From Pseudomonadota bacterium (GTDB taxonomy: Bacteria > Campylobacterota > Campylobacteria > Campylobacterales > Sulfurovaceae): a stretch of DNA of 36,272 nucleotides. Position 1 is the stretch's first letter, and the number at the start of each line of letters is the position of its first letter. A program made the position numbers and the translations under genes. Positions 27,730 to 36,029 of this stretch are shown here, piece after piece. Under the pieces are notes generated by a model, which was not told the origin of the DNA, did no database searches, and saw only the letters and a program-made list of their open reading frames with translations. The DNA lies in NCBI GenBank assembly GCA_041163165.1, contig JBEARN010000001.1, positions 1 to 36,272 on the forward strand, written 5' to 3'.

Positions 27730-29163
27730 TCAACAAATGACAATTGATTTAATCTCGGTAAACTCTTCCAATGCCCATTTGGGCCCTTCTCGACCAACAC
27801 CTGAAAGCTTTGCTCCGCCATAAGGCTGCACATCGAAACGAAGTGTTGGGATATCGTTGATGACCACTCCCCCACACTGTGCATCTTCGATAAATCTTTG
27901 CGTCAATTTAAGGTCATTACTAAACATCGAAAATTGCAATCCATAAGGGGATTGGTTCATCTTTTCTACTGCTGTTTTATAGTCAGGTACCGACATCAAA
28001 CTCACAATAGGGGCAAATACTTCTTCGCATACGATCTTCATCTCATCTGTCACGTCCGCCATCACTGTCGGAGGGAAAATTCCTTCTTGCGCTTCGCCGC
28101 CAGCGATCACCCTCGCCCCTTCATTTTTAGCAGATGCTACCCATGCTTTGGCTCTTTCTTTAGAGGCTTCATCGATCAAAGGCCCCATAAACGTGTCCTC
28201 TTCATAGGGTGACCCTACTTTGAGTTTCGCCGTCTCTTGGGCGATTAGTCTTGCAAACTCGTCATACACCTCTTCTTGGACATAAATGCGCTGAAGGGAA
28301 ATACACACTTGTCCGGAATTGTAAAACGCACCAAAAGCGCAACGTTGTGCTGCCAAAGAGAGGTCTGCACTCTTCTCAATGTAAGTTGCCGCATTTCCTC
28401 CCAGCTCAAGGCTCACTTTTTTGATCCCGGCTTGTTTGGTGATGATATTTCCTACGGGTACCGAACCTGTAAAACTGATCACCCTTGGGATATCACTCTG
28501 CACCAATGCCGAACCCACTTCGGCATCCCCGTACACTACCGAAAGTGCGTCTTTTACCGCATACGCAGAAGAGACAAAAAGCTTAGCAAACATATAGGCG
28601 GTCATAGGTGCTTCGGGGGTGGGTTTAAGCACCACTGCATTTCCAGCGCCTAGTGCCGGAGCGATCTTATGCGCCACAAGATTCAAAGGAAAATTAAACG
28701 GCGTAATACAAGCCACAACACCTACAGGATCACGTCTGAAATACGCCAATGTTTTTTTACCGCTTGGCATAATATCGGTCGGTATGGTTTCTCCTGAAAG
28801 GTTCGCAAGTTCCATCGTCGTGATTTTGATCGTTTCAATACAACGGTCTACCTCTATACGGGCAAATGTAATCGGTTTTGCGATCTCTTTTGCTAGTATA
28901 AGTGCAAATGCTTCTTTATTGTCCTTCAGTTTTTGTGCCACATCTTCAAGCCATAAAATACGCTGCGAAAGTGGCACTTTGGCTGCTTCTTTGCTCGCTT
29001 TTTCTGCAATCTTCAATGCCCTTTTCGCATCCTTGGCGTCACAAAGAGGTGCTGTACTGACTATACTCCCATCAAACGGACTTTTTCTTTCATTAACTTG
29101 CGCTTTGGTTTCCTCGTGTGACCCAAAAAATATGTATGCTTTTTCTGCTTCCAATCTACTCAC
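27730..29163 (-). CDS. NAD(P)-dependent aldehyde dehydrogenase
   Basis: ITPFNFP, LKP, FTGS..VG, LELGGN, GQVCIS, EEVFAP and PYGG.K.SG.GREG motifs. Start may be TTG 29154. Own TGcTATAAT promoter at about 29196-29188. Confidence 0.95.
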   Translation of the reverse strand: MSRLEAEKAYIFFGSHEETKAQVNERKSPFDGSIVSTAPLCDAKDAKRALKIAEKASKEAAKVPLSQRILWLEDVAQKLKDNKEAFALILAKEIAKPITFARIEVDRCIETIKITTMELANLSGETIPTDIMPSGKKTLAYFRRDPVGVVACITPFNFPLNLVAHKIAPALGAGNAVVLKPTPEAPMTAYMFAKLFVSSAYAVKDALSVVYGDAEVGSALVQSDIPRVISFTGSVPVGNIITKQAGIKKVSLELGGNAATYIEKSADLSLAAQRCAFGAFYNSGQVCISLQRIYVQEEVYDEFARLIAQETAKLKVGSPYEEDTFMGPLIDEASKERAKAWVASAKNEGARVIAGGEAQEGIFPPTVMADVTDEMKIVCEEVFAPIVSLMSVPDYKTAVEKMNQSPYGLQFSMFSNDLKLTQRFIEDAQCGGVVINDIPTLRFDVQPYGGAKLSGVGREGPKWALEEFTEIKSIVIC

Positions 29164-29217
29164 CTTTTACACTGCTAAAATTGGTTGATTATAGCAAATT
29201 GCATCTAAAATACTTCA

Positions 29218-30069
29218 TTATCTTGCTTTATTCAGATAACTATAAATCCCCAAAGAAAGGATAATCAAAGAGATCCCGATGATCAGATAAAGGGCATGGA
29301 TCATTTGCGAATAATCATGCAATGCTATCTTAAACACGACCATCAATGCTTCGATAGAAAGGGCGATGATAATCGCAATCGAAAACTTTGTAAGCACATG
29401 TGCATCCTCATTGACTTTGCTGTAATTTTTAAAAAAAACTTCTCGCTCTAAAATCGTTTTTGCAAGATCGAAGATCGCCAATCCTAATGTTAATGCAACG
29501 ATAGGCTTAAAAATCGCATCAAGCGTAATGTCTGAACTCAAAAAAATACTAGAAGCATAACTCAACAAGGCATACACGACAGCAAAAAAAGCAAACGCCA
29601 TTAAAGAAAATCCAACCGCTTTGTAAAATAGTTTTGTAAACTGGTTAAATCTCGGATTTAGCTCTATCAAGCCCAATCTTCCAAGCAATGCCGAAAGTTT
29701 AAAATCGATAAAGATATATTGGTCTTTCTCTTTTTTCATCACAGTCACGCATGTATGTCCGGTCGCTGCATTCATATAAGGGGTGCTCATAGAGAACTCA
29801 TCATCTTTTTGCAGCATTTTCGCACTCATATACGCACGATTTTGCCCTTTTGCAGAAACTTCTATCTTATTTCTAAACACGTTTGGGGCATTTTGGACAT
29901 AATCCAAATCTGTCACATAAATCAACTCCATAGAAGGGAACATGCGAAATGCTTTTTTATAATGGCTTGAAGCTTTTGCCAAAATAGAACCGTTATTTTT
30001 CAACGTAGTAATAATAAACTTTTCTATATCTTCTTGATGTTCTTCGTAAACTTTAATAAATTCTTTCAT
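29218..30069 (-). CDS. PglG-like protein: N-terminal PDC/Cache-like domain plus C-terminal PsiE-like membrane domain
   Basis: G.NRAY and STPY..AATGH.CVTV (Cache-like), then TMs with TLGLAIFDLAKTILE.E and KF...IIIALSIEALM.VFK. 17-nt overlap with the upstream ATPase gene. Confidence 0.7.
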   Translation of the reverse strand: MKEFIKVYEEHQEDIEKFIITTLKNNGSILAKASSHYKKAFRMFPSMELIYVTDLDYVQNAPNVFRNKIEVSAKGQNRAYMSAKMLQKDDEFSMSTPYMNAATGHTCVTVMKKEKDQYIFIDFKLSALLGRLGLIELNPRFNQFTKLFYKAVGFSLMAFAFFAVVYALLSYASSIFLSSDITLDAIFKPIVALTLGLAIFDLAKTILEREVFFKNYSKVNEDAHVLTKFSIAIIIALSIEALMVVFKIALHDYSQMIHALYLIIGISLIILSLGIYSYLNKAR

Positions 30070-30877
30070 GGGTCTCTCCTTGTTTTATTGTATCACGCTG
30101 ACCGTTACTTTCATAGAGAAAACGAAATATTTTCTCTCGACAGTGCATATAGTGTGCATTGGACTGTAACGCCACCCTCTCTCTTGGATGGGGCAATCCC
30201 ACTTCAAGAATCTCTTGAATACTATGGTTGCCTATTGCGCTCATCATGATGATTTTGTCGCTGAGATACACTGCTTCATCCACATCATCCGTGATCATGA
30301 TCACCGTACTTTTTGTCTGCTGTTTCACTTCGAGAAGATACGTTTGCATTGCATGTCTCGTAAGGGTATCGAGTGAAGAGAAAGGTTGATCCATCAACAC
30401 CACATCAGGAGAGATCGCTAAGGCTTGAACGATACTCAAACGGTGTTGCATCTCTTGCCCCAATTTTCTAGGCAACTCATCTTGAATGGTATCCAATTTT
30501 CCCATAGAAATAAAGTACTCTATCCTCTCTTGAAGCTCTTCTGGTTCAAGTTCTGGCATCACTTTTTTAAGTACCATCTCTATATTTTCATAGCTGCTTA
30601 GCCAAGGCAAAAAAGAATGCTGTTTAAAAACCATCGCTCTGTCTTGACCCGCTCCTTCTACGATACGTCCATTTAAGATCACCTGTCCTTTGCTTTGTCT
30701 TTCAAGTCCAGAAATAATGTTGAGCAGTGTTGTTTTACCACATCCTTTGCTCCCCACTATGGAAACGATTTCATTTTTTGCAATTTCTAAATTGACTTTT
30801 TTAAGAAGAATTTTATCTTCTTGTCTCGACACCGGAACACTTTTTTCAATATTTTTTAAACTCAAAAATTGACTCAT
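30053..30877 (-). CDS. NrtD/CmpD/CynD-like ABC ATP-binding protein with degenerate catalytic motifs
   Basis: Walker A GSKGCGKT and family marks DRAMVF, LPWL..YEN, LD.LTR and DVDEAV.LSD are present. Signature reads LGQEM, Walker B LMDQP and H-loop ITDD. Confidence 0.88.
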   Translation of the reverse strand: MSQFLSLKNIEKSVPVSRQEDKILLKKVNLEIAKNEIVSIVGSKGCGKTTLLNIISGLERQSKGQVILNGRIVEGAGQDRAMVFKQHSFLPWLSSYENIEMVLKKVMPELEPEELQERIEYFISMGKLDTIQDELPRKLGQEMQHRLSIVQALAISPDVVLMDQPFSSLDTLTRHAMQTYLLEVKQQTKSTVIMITDDVDEAVYLSDKIIMMSAIGNHSIQEILEVGLPHPRERVALQSNAHYMHCREKIFRFLYESNGQRDTIKQGETHERIY

Positions 30878-30892
30878 ATTGTTTTGCTCCTT

Positions 30893-31687
30893 TTACATAT
30901 AATCAAAATAATTGGTGATTTTACGCACGATAAGATTGATCATAAAAATCACCAAAGAAACGATCATCATTCCGATCAGTATATTGTCATACATCAGTTC
31001 AGTATAAGAGTACCATATCCAATACCCTATCCCTTTATCCTGCAACAACATCTCGACAGGCAATGCAACGATCCATGCGATCGATAGGGATCGTTTTAAC
31101 CCTGCAAAAATATAAGGTACCACTAAAGGAAGAATCACCTGCATGAACCTTTCACTTTTGCTTAATTGTAACACTTTTGACATTTTCATATAATCCTCAT
31201 CTACTGAAAGAAGCCCCTCCTCAGTACTCCTAATAATCGGCCATAACGAAGCCATAAATACAGTAAACAGTGCTGCCAAAGTGTGGTCTTGAAAAATCAA
31301 AAGGACAAATGGCAGCCAAAGCAAGGGTGAAATGATTTTTAACATCCCTATAAAAGAGTGCAATAAAAATCTCAAATTTCGGTTCATCCCAAGCAAGATA
31401 CCCAAAGGCAATCCCACCATCAAGGTAAGCCCCAATCCACCAAACACATTCATCAGCGTACTTAGAAGATGCCAAAATACGCCTTGATTTTCATCATCTT
31501 CGACATCAAAGGCATGCAGCAACACACCTTCGATCTCTTCATCATCTGCATCCATTCCTCCAAATGCTGCAAGATATGTACTTTGAGGCGAAGGAAATCC
31601 TTTGATGGATGAAGCCAATGTTTCCCATACGATAAAAAGCAATACAAATATCAACAGTGATAAAAACATTTTTCGCATCTTTTCCAT
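30893..31687 (-). CDS. NrtB/CmpB/CynB-like ABC permease
   Basis: FPSP, GLPLGILLG, SPLLWLP, PYIFAGLK.S..IAW, EML and GIGYWIW motifs. Second ATG chosen from SD spacing. Confidence 0.85.
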   Translation of the reverse strand: MEKMRKMFLSLLIFVLLFIVWETLASSIKGFPSPQSTYLAAFGGMDADDEEIEGVLLHAFDVEDDENQGVFWHLLSTLMNVFGGLGLTLMVGLPLGILLGMNRNLRFLLHSFIGMLKIISPLLWLPFVLLIFQDHTLAALFTVFMASLWPIIRSTEEGLLSVDEDYMKMSKVLQLSKSERFMQVILPLVVPYIFAGLKRSLSIAWIVALPVEMLLQDKGIGYWIWYSYTELMYDNILIGMMIVSLVIFMINLIVRKITNYFDYM

Positions 31688-31707
31688 GATCATCTCTCCT
31701 TTCGCTT

Positions 31708-32136
31708 TTAGTGATCCATCGCCGCATTGTTATGGATGAGCTGCTTGATGCCGCCTTTGATATTGAGCGGAGTATAATCATTTTTCTTTAAGATCCGCGA
31801 CGCTTTCACGCTTCTATTTCCAGATCTACAGTAAACCAATAGTGGCATCCCTTTAAATGGGCTCAATTCACTCAATCTTTCTGAAAGAACTTGCACAGGG
31901 ATATTGATGGCATTTTTAAGATGCTTTTCTTGATATTCATGTTCTGTCCTCACATCCAAAAGCAACATCTGCGGGTTTTCCTCTAGCATTGAAATGGCGC
32001 GACGCGCATCTATCGAGTCAAAGTTGGCCAATATCCATCCCTTGTCATACGCATATGACAAAAAAAGTCCTGCCATACTTAACCAGTAGACAACAATAAT
32101 TGACATCATAAAAAGTATTAAACGTGTGACTCTCAC
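31708..32136 (-). CDS. Single-domain rhodanese (PspE/GlpE-like) with N-terminal membrane anchor
   Basis: LLDVRT..EY...H...AINIP, active-site loop YCRSGNRS, and GGI. GTG 32136 follows SD GGAG (ORF track gives 32190). Confidence 0.9.
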   Translation of the reverse strand: MRVTRLILFMMSIIVVYWLSMAGLFLSYAYDKGWILANFDSIDARRAISMLEENPQMLLLDVRTEHEYQEKHLKNAINIPVQVLSERLSELSPFKGMPLLVYCRSGNRSVKASRILKKNDYTPLNIKGGIKQLIHNNAAMDH

Positions 32137-32397
32137 GCTGACTCCAAAACTACAAATTATAGGTAGAGTATAACGATTAATATTCTCCATAGGATAAGAT
32201 TGATTGTCTATTTTTTATCCAATCAAAAACTTTTTGATACGAAATGATGATGAACTTATCATCAAGAAGCCATTTTTAAATGTTGCTTCACTGCTACTGA
32301 CAATAATTTCATTGCCCTCAACCAACTATTAACTGCTTTTTGGATAGAATAATCCTTTAATTTTGATAGACTTGAAGTCTATTTTGGAGCATACTAC

Positions 32398-33318
32398 ATG
32401 GATAAATCAAAATATATTTGGATGGATGGTCAACTGACTCCTTGGGATGAAGCAAAAGTTCATGTCCTTACGCATACACTTCACTATGGCAACGGTGCGA
32501 TCGAAGGGACAAAAGCATATAAAACAGTCGATGGAAGATGTGCCATCTTTAAGCTAAAAGAACACACGCAAAGACTTTTAAACTCTTCAAAAATGACACT
32601 GATGAATGTTCCGTTTAGTCTTGAAGAACTCAACGCTGCGCAAGTCAAACTTTTGCAAGAGAATGAACTTTTCAACGGTGCGTATATCAGACCATTGGTT
32701 TATCTTGGATATGGCGTTATGGGGCTTTACCACAAAGAATGTCCAGTCAATGTTTCTATCTCCGCATGGGAATGGGGAGCATACCTTGGTGAAGAGGGGC
32801 TTAGACGTGGTATCAGACTTAAAATTTCATCATTTACAAGAACACCAAACACTGCAGGGATGGGAAAAGCTAAAGCAGTTGCTAACTACCTCAACTCTCA
32901 AATGGCAAAATATGAAGCAGTAGAAGCCGGATATGATGAAGCACTTTTAAGAGACGATCAAGGGTACATCGCTGAAGCTTCCGGGGCTTGTTTCTTTATG
33001 GTAAGAGACGGGAAACTTATCTCTCCTCCATCGGACAATACACTCGAGTCTATCACACAAAACACCATCATCGATTTGGCAAAAGAGATGGGTATCGAAG
33101 TGGTTCGTAGACGCGTAACACGTGAAGAGATTTATATCGCCGAAGAGGCTTTCTTAACAGGAACGGCAGCAGAGGTAACCCCTATACGTGAAGTGGATGG
33201 ACGTATCATTGGTGGTGGCTCAAGAGGCCCAATGACAGAAAAATTGCAGACAGCTTACTTTGATGCCGTTTCAGGTAAAAACCCAAATTACATCAAACAT
33301 TTAACCTATATCAACTAA
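32398..33318 (+). CDS. ilvE: Branched-chain amino acid aminotransferase
   Basis: LHYG....EG, YIRP, AKAVANY.NS, GYDEA and FLTGTAAEVTP motifs. Confidence 0.96.
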   Translation: MDKSKYIWMDGQLTPWDEAKVHVLTHTLHYGNGAIEGTKAYKTVDGRCAIFKLKEHTQRLLNSSKMTLMNVPFSLEELNAAQVKLLQENELFNGAYIRPLVYLGYGVMGLYHKECPVNVSISAWEWGAYLGEEGLRRGIRLKISSFTRTPNTAGMGKAKAVANYLNSQMAKYEAVEAGYDEALLRDDQGYIAEASGACFFMVRDGKLISPPSDNTLESITQNTIIDLAKEMGIEVVRRRVTREEIYIAEEAFLTGTAAEVTPIREVDGRIIGGGSRGPMTEKLQTAYFDAVSGKNPNYIKHLTYIN

Positions 33319-33330
33319 AAAAGGAGACTT

Positions 33331-34416
33331 ATGCCGGCAGATATGAATGACTATTTTAAAAAGAAAAAACCAACCAACTCGACGAACAACAACGAAAATA
33401 ACGGAAATAATTTCAACAACCCTTTTAACACTATCGGAAAGGGTGCGCCATGGATGTTCGTTCTTATCGCGATCGGGTTTGGACTTTTTATACTCAAACC
33501 ATTTATCATTATCAACTCTGGTGAAGTAGGGATCAAGATCAACACTGGTAAATTCGAAGAGAAACCTTTGAATGCAGGATTGCATTTTTTTGTTCCTATC
33601 TTACAAAAAATCATCCCTGTGAATACCCGTATTCGTATGATCACCTACTCGGATCTACAAAGTGGAGAAATAGGTGATTCTTATAGAAATCTCGAGGGTG
33701 GACTTAAACGAAATCCTGCGATCACTGTACTCGACAAAAGAGGTTTAACGGTTAATATCGATATCGCTGTCCAATACAGACTCAGAGCAGAAACAGCCCC
33801 AGCAACCATTGAAAAATGGGGCGCAAGCTGGGAAGAGAAAATCATCAATTCCAAAATGCGCGAAGTGGTGCGTGATGTGGTGGGACAATATACTGCCGAA
33901 CAGCTCCCTGAGATGCGCAACCAGATAGCAAAAGCGATCGAAGTCAAAGTCAAAGAGAGTGTCGAAACGCTCCTGAATAATCCAGTAGTTCTCGAATCAG
34001 TTGAGCTTCGAACCATCAATCTTCCAACCAAAATCAAAGATCAGATCGAAAGAGTCCAGATCGCAAAACAAGAAGTCACTATCGCAGAACAACAAAAAGA
34101 GCAAGCCAAACAAGAAGCACAAAGAAAAGCCGAAATTGCCCGTGGTGAAGCAGAAAAAAACCGTATCGAAGCGCAAGGAGAAGCAGATAAGATACGTATC
34201 GAAGCGGAAGAACAAGCCAAAGCAAACAAACTTATCTCAGAATCTCTTAGTGACCCGCTGTTAAGATTAGAGCAGATCAAAACACAAAACAAATTTAACG
34301 AAGCACTCAAAGCCAACAAAGATGCCCAAATTTTCCTCACCCCTGGTGGAGCCGTACCAAATATCTGGGTCGATTCCAAAGGAAAAGAACAACAACGTCT
34401 TATGGGACAACAATAA
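33331..34416 (+). CDS. SPFH/band 7/prohibitin-family membrane protein
   Basis: Asn-rich N-terminus, one TM, GLHFFVP, SPFH core, and an EA/Q-rich coiled coil. Confidence 0.92.
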   Translation: MPADMNDYFKKKKPTNSTNNNENNGNNFNNPFNTIGKGAPWMFVLIAIGFGLFILKPFIIINSGEVGIKINTGKFEEKPLNAGLHFFVPILQKIIPVNTRIRMITYSDLQSGEIGDSYRNLEGGLKRNPAITVLDKRGLTVNIDIAVQYRLRAETAPATIEKWGASWEEKIINSKMREVVRDVVGQYTAEQLPEMRNQIAKAIEVKVKESVETLLNNPVVLESVELRTINLPTKIKDQIERVQIAKQEVTIAEQQKEQAKQEAQRKAEIARGEAEKNRIEAQGEADKIRIEAEEQAKANKLISESLSDPLLRLEQIKTQNKFNEALKANKDAQIFLTPGGAVPNIWVDSKGKEQQRLMGQQ

Positions 34417-34433
34417 CCATCAAAAACGATTTT

Positions 34434-34457
34434 ATCCCTCTGATTTTCTAGAGGGAT
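34434..34457. terminator. Stem-loop between convergent genes
   Basis: ATCCCTCT-GATTTTCT-AGAGGGAT followed by CTCTTTT. Confidence 0.6.
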
Positions 34458-34475
34458 CTCTTTTCGATTATCTTA

Positions 34476-35204
34476 TCAAGATAAAATATCGTGCCACTGA
34501 ACCAACGTAAGCCTATATCCCTCTTCAACAGGAAGTACTTCATGGGAAAAATAAGGATTGCTTGGAAATACGATCATGTCTCCCGCTTCGGGTTGCAGTT
34601 TGATCGCCTTCCCTTCTTTGTCATACAAATAATTAAAAATCAATTCTCCGCCAGCAAATGATGTTTCACGATTCTGCGCATGAACCTTATGACTTGTAGC
34701 AAAAAGTACACTGGAAAGTTTTCTCTCTGGTGCAACCAATTTAAACCCAACCGTTTTCCCCTCATGGTCGATCATCTCACTCGAATCATCCGCATGTTTG
34801 ACATAAAAAAATCCTTTTTGGTACTCTAATACTTGGACTTCTGTTGAACGTGTTATTGCGATATTAAAATAAGCTTCGATCATCGGTTGATGTTTCAAAA
34901 ACTGTTGATCGTAGTACTCTCTATAACCATGATTGAGTTTATAGATGTTGGTTTTACGGTATTCCTCAACCAAATCAGGTTGCACGACGCCACTAAAAAC
35001 TTCCGTTTTAACTTTTGCTTTTCGCTTGGTCTCTTCATCTTCTTGCACTAACTCTACTAACTCTTTGCAAACCGATTTTGGGAAAAAATCTTTGATGATC
35101 AAATAAGGATAATCTTTATACGGGCTGGCTAAAAGTCTTTGTTCTATCTCTATGGTTTCAAACATGCTATCCCCATAGACATATGTACTCATTTGGATCA
35201 TCAT
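34476..35204 (-). CDS. 2-oxoglutarate/Fe(II) oxygenase (prolyl-4-hydroxylase-like)
   Basis: Y..G.FYVKHAD (HxD), RKLS, GGEL.F, G...VFPS and HEVLPV..G.R motifs. Exact start uncertain. Confidence 0.88.
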   Translation of the reverse strand: MMIQMSTYVYGDSMFETIEIEQRLLASPYKDYPYLIIKDFFPKSVCKELVELVQEDEETKRKAKVKTEVFSGVVQPDLVEEYRKTNIYKLNHGYREYYDQQFLKHQPMIEAYFNIAITRSTEVQVLEYQKGFFYVKHADDSSEMIDHEGKTVGFKLVAPERKLSSVLFATSHKVHAQNRETSFAGGELIFNYLYDKEGKAIKLQPEAGDMIVFPSNPYFSHEVLPVEEGYRLTLVQWHDILS

Positions 35205-35331
35205 TCTCTCTTCAATTTAAAGTGTGACATTATAATTCAAAAATCGTCCTTTTATTCTAAAATGCTTCTCAAAAGCTCCCCCAATGTATAGTATAGTTAT
35301 AATACCTACGATATTTTTGATGGAGAGACTT

Positions 35332-35997
35332 ATGGAAATTGATTGGGACAAAAATCCGCTTATTCCTGCCATCGCTCAAGACTTTGAAACTTCTGAAGTA
35401 CTGATGCTTGCCTATATGAATCAAGAAGCGTATCATCTCACGCTCACCACAGGCTATGCCCATTACTTTAGTCGAAGCAAACAGCGTATTTGGAAAAAAG
35501 GAGAAAGTTCTAACCATACCCAAGAGATTAAAGATCTATTACTTGATTGTGATGCAGATACCGTCATACTTAAAGTCAAACAAAATGGAGTTGCGTGTCA
35601 TACGGGACGCAAAAGTTGTTTTTTCACTTCTCTGACACAAGATAAAATCATCTTAGATCAAGAGATCAATACCCATGCTATTTATGGTGTCGTCGATACA
35701 CTTTACCACACCATTTTAGAGAGAAAAAACAGTTCAGATACTGAAAAATCATGGACCAAAAAACTGCTCCATGACAAAAAACTCATGCTAAGCAAAATCC
35801 GTGAAGAAGCCGATGAAGTCTGTGTGGCTATCAATGAGGAAAGTGATGAGCAAGTCATTTATGAATCGGCTGATTTACTTTACCACACCCTTGTCGGTCT
35901 TGGTTCAAGAGGAATTTCACCAGATAGGGTTAAGCAAGAGTTAGCCAGAAGATTTGGTCTTAGCGGGATAGAAGAAAAAGAAAATCGAAAGAAATAA
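35332..35997 (+). CDS. hisIE: Bifunctional phosphoribosyl-AMP cyclohydrolase / phosphoribosyl-ATP pyrophosphatase
   Basis: SRS...W.KGESS, DCDAD, ACHTGRKSCF, KIREE..E and ESADLLYH motifs. Start at ATG 35332 after SD GGAG. Confidence 0.96.
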   Translation: MEIDWDKNPLIPAIAQDFETSEVLMLAYMNQEAYHLTLTTGYAHYFSRSKQRIWKKGESSNHTQEIKDLLLDCDADTVILKVKQNGVACHTGRKSCFFTSLTQDKIILDQEINTHAIYGVVDTLYHTILERKNSSDTEKSWTKKLLHDKKLMLSKIREEADEVCVAINEESDEQVIYESADLLYHTLVGLGSRGISPDRVKQELARRFGLSGIEEKENRKK

Positions 35998-36001
35998 ACT
36001 C

Positions 36002-36029
36002 AAGCAAAAAAGACTTCGCTCTTTTGCTT
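36002..36029. terminator. Candidate bidirectional terminator
   Basis: AAGCAAAA...TTTTGCTT between the convergent hisIE and purF stops. Confidence 0.5.

Noticed and set aside
19958-31687. Carbonic anhydrase and the CmpB/D-like pair as one CO2-concentrating system
   Set aside because: They are about 9 kb apart, separated by core genes, there is no CmpA, and the ATPase looks inactive. The sequence shows no link.
33355-33430. Asn-rich AAC repeats at the start of the SPFH gene
   Set aside because: Ordinary low-complexity linker with imperfect repeats.
343-35523. The many 60-210 aa ORFs antisense to or nested in recognised genes (e.g. 868-1284, 4240-4815, 4828-5457, 8788-9336, 18598-19206, 28619-29188)
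   Set aside because: Shadow frames of well-supported genes, with no recognisable motifs or SD support.
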